From positions 5,830-69,829 of the IMG/VR virus record IMGVR_UViG_3300009194_000010: a stretch of 64,000 nucleotides of DNA. One strand, given 5' to 3'. The notes under the pieces are model-generated. The model saw only the letters and a list, made by a program, of their open reading frames with translations. It was not told the origin of the DNA and did no database searches. This document shows positions 58,843 through 64,000 of this stretch, one piece after another (positions within the stretch are counted from its first letter, which is position 1; each line of letters starts with the position of its first letter). The position numbers and the translations under genes are program-made. The DNA comes from a virus.

Positions 58843-58906
58843 GGTAAAACTCCTGCGGGTGTCAAATCGGGTATATCTCCCTCCCCTAGGCGGGGAGGGG
58901 TTATGC

Positions 58907-59257
58907 TCATGCCGCCTTCTTGTGTTCCACTTTCTTAACGGTTTGCAACAGATCGTTCAGCGAATCAAACTCAACCTCCAAACGTTCAGCACGTTTGGTA
59001 ATGGAGATCCCTTCGCCATCGATGTAATGCGCTTCCAGTCCGGCATCGAACAGACCGTCGATGATGGCGTCGATGAACGCCTGACGACAGCGTGACCGCC
59101 CGGTCAGCTTCTTGAGTTGATCAAGGGTCAGCCGCAGTGTCGGCTCGATCTCTTGATCGTAGGTGTTGCCGGAGTTGGCGTGTTCGACCAACACCTCCTG
59201 ATAGGCACTCAGGTTGTCGGCAATGGCGGCAATCAGCTGTTTGTCAGTGTAACGCAT
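58907..59257 (-). CDS. hypothetical protein
   Basis: 116-aa ORF with its own promoter motif and terminator. Confidence 0.7.
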   Translation of the reverse strand: MRYTDKQLIAAIADNLSAYQEVLVEHANSGNTYDQEIEPTLRLTLDQLKKLTGRSRCRQAFIDAIIDGLFDAGLEAHYIDGEGISITKRAERLEVEFDSLNDLLQTVKKVEHKKAA

Positions 59258-59326
59258 GGTAAAAGGGTCTCCTTCCTTTTGAGTTTCAGATAATAGACTC
59301 AGTGGGTATTTTCCACTGTGGTACGA

Positions 59327-59785
59327 TCACGGACCACTGTTTAGCCACACATGAAACGCCGTTCCCCGCTCCCCAGCAAGGTAGAACGTGCGCTGATGGG
59401 GTTGGATATCTCCATCGAGTTGTAGTTGTGCGTAAACCGCAATCCGTGGGTTGGGTTGTTTTAACAAGTCTTGTACCAGGTGGTGGGTAGCGTTATCGGC
59501 ATGTCCGTTGATGTAGCTGCTCACGCGGCGGGTGAGATGGAAGGTGAAGACGTCACGTTGGAACGTTTCACCAATAATCCGCAATGCACCTGTGATGGGT
59601 AGAACTTCAATAACCGTGTGTGGTACACAATCATGAATCTGATCCAGTAGGGCGATCATCTCCCGCTCGTTAGTGTAATCGATGGTTGGATTTTCCTTTT
59701 GCAGCATACGCAACCGCCGGACAAACCGACGGTTTTCTTTTGCGATATGCCATCGATGGAGGTAAAGTCGAAACAATCCCCACAT
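59327..59785 (-). CDS. hypothetical protein
   Basis: 152-aa ORF, AGGAG RBS. Confidence 0.65.
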   Translation of the reverse strand: MWGLFRLYLHRWHIAKENRRFVRRLRMLQKENPTIDYTNEREMIALLDQIHDCVPHTVIEVLPITGALRIIGETFQRDVFTFHLTRRVSSYINGHADNATHHLVQDLLKQPNPRIAVYAQLQLDGDIQPHQRTFYLAGERGTAFHVWLNSGP

Positions 59786-59793
59786 GACAACTC

Positions 59794-60117
59794 CTAGGCC
59801 TCCAAGGCCCCTTTTGTGGTATAGACAACCACCGTTGCTCGACCCAGGTCACGGTTGTTGCACACTTCCACGATGTAACCATGTCCCCGCAGTTGATCGA
59901 GCTCCGATCCCATGATCTGGAAGTTCTCCCCCATCAGGTTATCCTGCATGACCCGTTGAACGTCCAGAATTTGTTGCTTTGTTGCGTCTGACACATTGAT
60001 GAAATCAACCGACCCAAACAGGTCGAAACCAGGATTGTCTGGAAGCTCCTCGTTTCCCTGTAGTGCGGTCAGATGTTGAACCAATAGCGGTATGCCCATT
60101 AAACGCCGCATTTTCAT
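59794..60117 (-). CDS. hypothetical protein
   Basis: 107-aa ORF, GGAG RBS. Confidence 0.65.
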   Translation of the reverse strand: MKMRRLMGIPLLVQHLTALQGNEELPDNPGFDLFGSVDFINVSDATKQQILDVQRVMQDNLMGENFQIMGSELDQLRGHGYIVEVCNNRDLGRATVVVYTTKGALEA

Positions 60118-60135
60118 TACTCCCTTAATGTTGAG

Positions 60136-60435
60136 TTACCACCAGTCTCCTAATCCACAGAACACTTTAGCGCGGTAATCCCAGTGTGACTTACGATAGA
60201 AATCCCAAATATCAGTACAGTTCACAATCTCCACCGGCAGGGCGGTATCGGGTTCAGATACCACAAGGCTGGCCCAGGTATACCCGTTCTGACGCAGGTA
60301 GCTCTGGGCCTTGGTGAATGACTTCAATGTCATCTGAGTTCGATAGCCGTATTTCTCACCCCGGTTAGGGATAGGTACCCGATAGGCGCCGAGTAGGTTT
60401 CCTTGATACTGTTTGTAGATCAGATACGTGGTCAT
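60136..60435 (-). CDS. hypothetical protein
   Basis: 99-aa ORF. Confidence 0.6.
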   Translation of the reverse strand: MTTYLIYKQYQGNLLGAYRVPIPNRGEKYGYRTQMTLKSFTKAQSYLRQNGYTWASLVVSEPDTALPVEIVNCTDIWDFYRKSHWDYRAKVFCGLGDWW

Positions 60436-60467
60436 ACGATGAACTCTTATTTCACTACCTCATGGGG

Positions 60468-60968
60468 TTATACCAGGATCTCGACGGCGGTAACAGAACC
60501 GTCTCCCAAATACGGGGTAGCAAGCGGTTGGGTGTCGGGACTGTAAAGCTCGTAGACCTCGACGTCGGTGTGAACACTCCATGTGACTTGGGTAATGGGC
60601 CGGTCGGGATTGCGGTAGTAACTGTCCAGTGCGATCAACGTCCCGATAAGCTGACGGTATTCGTTCTCGTTCAGTACCTGGATCAGTTTATCTTCAAGGA
60701 TCCGGTAGCGGTAGCTGATCCCTTCTTCTTCTTCGAACGACCAGGTATGTACCAGTGGTGTGCCAGCAAGTGACGGCCCATCTTCTTCCACCTTGACATA
60801 TTCCAAAAGGAACAGGTCTTGAATCCCCGCCCAGCCAGTGCTGTTGGTGAGAAAGCGCCAGCGATTGAAACGGGTGTAGATATCGACGGACATCATCCCG
60901 TTGTAATCGCGCGTGGTGGCTTTTTCAAGGGAATGAAAATAGTGGGCAACACGATGAGAGTAAGACAT
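60468..60968 (-). CDS. hypothetical protein
   Basis: 166-aa ORF, TAATG-coupled. Confidence 0.65.
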   Translation of the reverse strand: MSYSHRVAHYFHSLEKATTRDYNGMMSVDIYTRFNRWRFLTNSTGWAGIQDLFLLEYVKVEEDGPSLAGTPLVHTWSFEEEEGISYRYRILEDKLIQVLNENEYRQLIGTLIALDSYYRNPDRPITQVTWSVHTDVEVYELYSPDTQPLATPYLGDGSVTAVEILV

Positions 60969-61639
60969 TACGATTCCTTAGCGCTAGGGCCTTTGATATG
61001 CGTAGGTTTCTTCTGCCATTTGGCACGGATCTTGTCGGGCATTGACTCGATGTTAGTGAGTTCATCGATGGTCGCCTGAATGAGATCGACACCATTGGCC
61101 TCACAGAGGGCAGCGAGAGTGACCGCCGCCCCACCGACCTCATTGGACAGTTCGCCCCTGGGGCGGTCGAAGACGTAGTCCACCATGGCGTGGGCCTGTT
61201 CGCGGGTATAGCCTGAGGAATGTACCAGTTCGGTGGACTCCTCATAGTAGCGGTGACAGCGTTCTTCTTTATCATCCTTGACCGCATGATCGAAACAGCG
61301 AAGGGTCCAGGTCGCCACGCTGTACTGATAGTCTTCGGCAAAGTTCTCCTTTTGAAGGGGGCGTTGAACACAAAGGGGTTCAGTGGCGGTGAAGGCGTAT
61401 AGGTTGGATAATGGTGCATCACGCCCTTCGAATATTAACGTCACAATCCCACCCAGCGAGATATGGTGAACATCAACGCCCTTAGGAAACTGACTGACCT
61501 CCACAAAATCAGGGAAAGTAAATAACCACTGTTTTTTATCGTCCGTTATAAAGCCCAGTTGGGTATGACGATTAACGTGTATGACCAGACTCGTGTTGGA
61601 CAGTGTGGTGAACACACCCGATGGAGTGTCATCGATCAT
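60968..61639 (-). CDS. protein with C-terminal MazG-like NTP pyrophosphohydrolase domain
   Basis: RxxEExxEL and EVGG..VTLAAL helical motifs. Confidence 0.65.
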   Translation of the reverse strand: MIDDTPSGVFTTLSNTSLVIHVNRHTQLGFITDDKKQWLFTFPDFVEVSQFPKGVDVHHISLGGIVTLIFEGRDAPLSNLYAFTATEPLCVQRPLQKENFAEDYQYSVATWTLRCFDHAVKDDKEERCHRYYEESTELVHSSGYTREQAHAMVDYVFDRPRGELSNEVGGAAVTLAALCEANGVDLIQATIDELTNIESMPDKIRAKWQKKPTHIKGPSAKES

Positions 61640-61655
61640 GGGTATTGTCCTCTAT

Positions 61656-62297
61656 TCAGGTAACCACTTCACCAAAGAAATGACCCCGCACAACGCAGGA
61701 CTTCACTTTGGTAAAGACCCCCTTACTGATCTCACGGCGATGCTCGCCCCGTACATAGGTACTGCGCCAGCCCTTGCAGTAGTCCCAGACCTTTTTCAGG
61801 AAAGACCCGACACGGCGGGTGACCTTCTTGACGACCATGATCAGCGCCCGCTTCCAGACGCCAAAGAGGGCCTTGACTTTCTGTTTCGGGGTGATGATCT
61901 CGTAGAGTACCGGCAGGAATCCCACGTCGGCGATGTCGTCTTCTGCCAACTGGACATACTTGCCCTTCTGGGGGCCGAGACGACAGGTCCGCGGCGTAGC
62001 GGATTTTACCCAGAAATGCACGTTGGGATTGATTGCTTCTCGGATGGTTTCGATGTCCCGAGCTCGGGGCAGACCAACCCGGTAGTACCGGTTTTCGATC
62101 TTGACCACACCCCCGTGCATGAGCGGTAACAGGCGGTCCTTCAACCAACCGAACGTTACGGTATCCAGCAGGGGCTTGTTGGGGACCATGACCACCTCCC
62201 CGTTGAGTACGATCTGACGCCACTCGATGTCCAGGTTGTGGTTTTTACGGCCAAGGGCAGTAGCGGTGATGTGGGCGATGTTGGTTTTCCACGACAT
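61656..62297 (-). CDS. hypothetical protein
   Basis: Likely start MSWKTN after AGGAG RBS. Confidence 0.6.
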   Translation of the reverse strand: MSWKTNIAHITATALGRKNHNLDIEWRQIVLNGEVVMVPNKPLLDTVTFGWLKDRLLPLMHGGVVKIENRYYRVGLPRARDIETIREAINPNVHFWVKSATPRTCRLGPQKGKYVQLAEDDIADVGFLPVLYEIITPKQKVKALFGVWKRALIMVVKKVTRRVGSFLKKVWDYCKGWRSTYVRGEHRREISKGVFTKVKSCVVRGHFFGEVVT

Positions 62298-62484
62298 GTT
62301 ACTTCTCCTACCATTCGGTGTACTTGGGCTTGTCTTCTTGCTTTTTCTTTTCTTGGTCCTTACGCACCCATTCCTTCGCCATCTCTTGATCGATGCCATT
62401 GTCATCGGCGATCTTTTTATCATGGGCCGCGGCACGCATTAAACGTGCCTGGGCTTCTGACTTGCTGGGCATGTTGGAACTCCG

Positions 62485-63117
62485 TTAAACAGCCATGACG
62501 TTTTCGGTTTTCTTCAAATACAAAGGTATCTGGCCCTTACCGCTGAAGTAATGCACTTCGTAACCATCGACCAGCTCCACGGCATCGCAGACAACACCGT
62601 TCTCAATGATTTTGAAATTCGACTTATCCAGTGGTTCGCTGTGGTCAAAGAACCAGTCAGTCCCCGACATCTTTCGGTTATCTTGGAACAGTATAATGAG
62701 TTTAATCGCCCCGAGAAGGTCGCGACGCACAAAGCGATGCTTGGAGAGGGAAGGATAGTAATCCACATCCAAGAAGCGTGATATGCCACGGGTCTCCAGC
62801 ATGACCCGGAATTGCCGCCCGTCGCAGATGAGTGCTTCGATGCTGATGTTGGAGAACAGCTTCTTCTCGGCGATGTTCAGGGTGGTTTTTTCGAACAGTC
62901 GATTCTTGTAGAACGTGGGTTCGATTTGACAACCTTGGAACGTAAACACCCGAATGTCAACGAGTTGTTTCATGTTGTCATCGGGAAGGGTATCCAATGA
63001 TCCAATGGACACCACGGGATGATCAACGTCGGGAATATATATCTCACGACATATCCGCCCCATCTGTCCGTTGGGTGTGGGGTAGAAACGGTCTTTTGTG
63101 GTGTAGGGAAGCGACAT
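62485..63117 (-). CDS. hypothetical protein
   Basis: Likely start MSLPY after GAGG RBS, early-type motif upstream. Confidence 0.65.
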   Translation of the reverse strand: MSLPYTTKDRFYPTPNGQMGRICREIYIPDVDHPVVSIGSLDTLPDDNMKQLVDIRVFTFQGCQIEPTFYKNRLFEKTTLNIAEKKLFSNISIEALICDGRQFRVMLETRGISRFLDVDYYPSLSKHRFVRRDLLGAIKLIILFQDNRKMSGTDWFFDHSEPLDKSNFKIIENGVVCDAVELVDGYEVHYFSGKGQIPLYLKKTENVMAV

Positions 63118-63184
63118 GGTTATTTCCTCAGTCAGTTGGGGTTTTTCTGTCCAAAGTAGTGATATAGGTGTGAAACGGACTGGA

Positions 63185-63700
63185 CTAAAAGGGCTGCCAG
63201 TCGTGAAGTCGATCACCACGCATGGTTTTGTTGATCAGCGTCCCATCGTTAGACCGTCGCGAGGAATGTTTGTCGGGTTGTAGGTCCCATTTATTTTCCT
63301 CGTATAGTTCGTAGAGCTCCCAAGTAGTGGCGATTAACGGGAGTACCTGAAGAAGCTTGTTGATGGTTCCAGTGTAATTGACGATGTCGGTGCACAGAAA
63401 GACCGTCCGGCGCGATGCATCATAAACGACAGGGGGTTTACAATCACCGTTGGTATTCTGCGGAAGGTCTATATACTCATCGAAGTCGTACTCTTCGAAA
63501 TAGGTCGAGCTGACCGCATCCAGTGACGTGTGTCGTTGATCCTCCAAGAACTCAACTACGCGCGGGTCCGCATTTACCGTTTGGTCAGTACGCAGCTTGT
63601 CCCACTGGAACTCCCATCGACCATCCTCGGTTTTCTCGATGAGGTGGGTAAATGATTCTTTCAGCGTAACCTCACCAAAGAGTGCGGTGTACATTGCCAT
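63185..63700 (-). CDS. hypothetical protein
   Basis: 171-aa ORF, GAGG RBS. Confidence 0.65.
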   Translation of the reverse strand: MAMYTALFGEVTLKESFTHLIEKTEDGRWEFQWDKLRTDQTVNADPRVVEFLEDQRHTSLDAVSSTYFEEYDFDEYIDLPQNTNGDCKPPVVYDASRRTVFLCTDIVNYTGTINKLLQVLPLIATTWELYELYEENKWDLQPDKHSSRRSNDGTLINKTMRGDRLHDWQPF

Positions 63701-63753
63701 GGCGGTGGCCTCTTTATAATAGGACTCTCCAGTTGGAGAGCCCGGTACGGTGG

Positions 63754-63987
63754 TTAACCAGCGACGTAGGTAAACGGCAAACTGCCCAGATCCTCGAAAT
63801 CGATCTCGCCAAACTTGATGACACTCTCACCTTTACTGTGATAGCCATAGTTCAGCCAGGTGGAGGTACCCACGGCATGCATGTCCACCACCAGTTGGTT
63901 ATCCGCCAGCTTGAGCACCTCCTCACCATGTTCCAGGTAATCCGCGTTGTTCAGCGTGATGCGGGGGATGTTATCCTTAGTGTCCAT
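63754..63987 (-). CDS. small hypothetical protein
   Basis: 77-aa ORF. Confidence 0.55.
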   Translation of the reverse strand: MDTKDNIPRITLNNADYLEHGEEVLKLADNQLVVDMHAVGTSTWLNYGYHSKGESVIKFGEIDFEDLGSLPFTYVAG

Positions 63988-64000
63988 TTCCCCCTGCAGC

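Overview
This window looks like 64 kb of a phiKZ-like (Chimalliviridae-type) jumbo myophage. Core genes are a family-B DNA polymerase catalytic subunit, PhuZ tubulin, the terminase large subunit, tail sheath and tube with neighbouring virion genes, an SF2 helicase and an NAD-dependent ligase. Accessory genes include a host-like nrdJa-nrdJb-DUF1289-iscA cassette and many small hypothetical ORFs. There are three selfish elements: a 244-nt group I intron in the NPCG|E catalytic motif of nrdJa, a 415-aa intein in dCTP deaminase, and a free-standing double GIY-YIG endonuclease. The most striking unexplained signal is a set of intergenic structured RNA candidates with their own promoter motifs and terminators. 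The best is a ~165-nt plus-strand RNA at 45509-45677. It carries a 20-nt segment that can pair without gaps (18 Watson-Crick + 2 G-U) with the 3' end of bacterial 16S rRNA (anti-Shine-Dalgarno plus helix 45), suggesting a ribosome-targeting phage RNA. Two large pseudoknotted minus-strand RNA candidates lie at 13895-14335 and 45086-45463. All family assignments come from motif recognition by eye; no searches or folding programs were run.
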